From contig OY970166.1 of the NCBI GenBank assembly GCA_963706595.1, forward strand, positions 4,992,001-5,056,000: a DNA stretch of 64,000 nucleotides, in the 5' to 3' direction. Below are positions 63,148 to 64,000 of the stretch, piece by piece; the first letter of the stretch is position 1; each line of letters starts with the position of its first letter. The notes under the pieces are model-generated. The model ran no database searches and was not told the DNA's origin. It saw only the letters and a program-made list of their open reading frames with translations. This stretch comes from an uncultured cyanobacterium. Its GTDB lineage: Bacteria > Cyanobacteriota > Cyanobacteriia > Cyanobacteriales > Nostocaceae. The position numbers were made by a program, and so were the translations under genes.

Positions 63148-64000
63148 CTAAAAAGAAGTTTGTACTTGTTGACGTTTTCCGTCTTGAGAAGTCTGTGACG
63201 CAATTTGCTTAAGTTGCACCTTCAGTCCATGTTCTGGGCGCAAGGTAATTGAAGGCTGTGGCACAATGGGATAATCTGGAATTAAATCTATTTGGAACCT
63301 TTGAGCGATCGTTGCCAATAACAAAGCCGCCTCCATTTGAGCAAAACCTTTACCAATACAAATCCTTGGCCCATCCCCAAAGGGAATATATACTCCTTTA
63401 GGCAATTGCTTTTCAAACTCCTGCGTCCAACGTTCTGGTTGAAAAGCTTCAGGATTTTCAAAATACTGGGGATGACGATGCATCACCCACTGACTAATCA
63501 TCACTGTCATTCCTTGGGGAATTTCGTAATCGCCAATTTGGGTATCAACTGCTGCTTCCCGCCCCTGTATAGATACTGGAGGATATAACCGCATTGATTC
63601 TTTGATAATTTGCTGTGTATAAACTAATTGCCCCAGGTCTGCGAGTGTCGGTAAATTTCCTTGCAAAACTTGATTTAGCTCTAATTCTAATTTTTGCCGC
63701 ACGTCGGGATTTTGTGCCAAAAGCATCCACGTCCAGGATAAAGCATTGGCAGTGGTTTCATGCCCAGCTAACATCAGGGTCGCTACTTCATCGCGGAGCA
63801 GTTTATCATCCATTTGCTGACCTGTTTCTTCGTCTTTTGCTTCCATAAGCATGGTCAACAAATCATTGGTTTGCTCCTGACTGTGGCGACGTTCTTGAAT
63901 GAGTTTGTTGATAGCTGCATCCATTTGGGTAATAGCATGACGATAACGGATGTTTTCCGGTCTTGGGAACCACTCCCACACCAAAAAATTTTGCCGCCGC
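63148..64000 (-). CDS. Cytochrome P450, C-terminal part (5' end outside window)
   Basis: AGHETT, ESMR (ExxR), PERW, FGDGPRICIG heme motif. Confidence 0.95.
   Translation of the reverse strand, partial: RRQNFLVWEWFPRPENIRYRHAITQMDAAINKLIQERRHSQEQTNDLLTMLMEAKDEETGQQMDDKLLRDEVATLMLAGHETTANALSWTWMLLAQNPDVRQKLELELNQVLQGNLPTLADLGQLVYTQQIIKESMRLYPPVSIQGREAAVDTQIGDYEIPQGMTVMISQWVMHRHPQYFENPEAFQPERWTQEFEKQLPKGVYIPFGDGPRICIGKGFAQMEAALLLATIAQRFQIDLIPDYPIVPQPSITLRPEHGLKVQLKQIASQTSQDGKRQQVQTSF

Noticed and set aside
1..64000. HIP1 (GCGATCGC) over-representation and the many short antisense or nested ORFs in the track
   Set aside because: HIP1 is a known genome-wide cyanobacterial feature, and the shadow ORFs overlap well-supported genes. 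No tRNA, rRNA, integrase or intact transposase was found.

Overview
64 kb of chromosome from a filamentous cyanobacterium, most likely Nostocales, judged by dense HIP1 octamers (GCGATCGC), heptamer STRR tandem repeats and many small dispersed repeats/MITEs. The backbone is housekeeping: clpB (partial), lpxD, hdrB-like, acpP-fabF-tkt, ubiD, pstSCAB plus a second pstB, hppD, hisIE, hemL, a Ser/Thr kinase, recA, sfsA, NDH-2, mutS, bioF, ruvA, spp and a partial P450. Small AT-rich accessory inserts punctuate it: an IetAS-like AAA ATPase + S8 protease pair, a VapC toxin with an atypical partner, a PEP-CTERM gene, and an AAA_21 ATPase + DUF4276 pair. Two real genes below the ORF-track cutoff were found by hand (rubredoxin; metallothionein with an SmtB-type operator). 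Best leads: (1) the ATPase/DUF4276 cassette lies between two collinear, diverged copies of the mutS upstream region + first codons; (2) a 183-bp protein-free IS200/IS605-type element, with an apparent promoter and TnpB omega-RNA-like fold, is nested precisely in the right end of another IS605 remnant; (3) an 11-bp-phased DnaA-box array and a long RNA hairpin upstream of a DUF2811 gene; (4) a single-base frameshift in fabF. All calls come from reading the sequence; no database searches were run.
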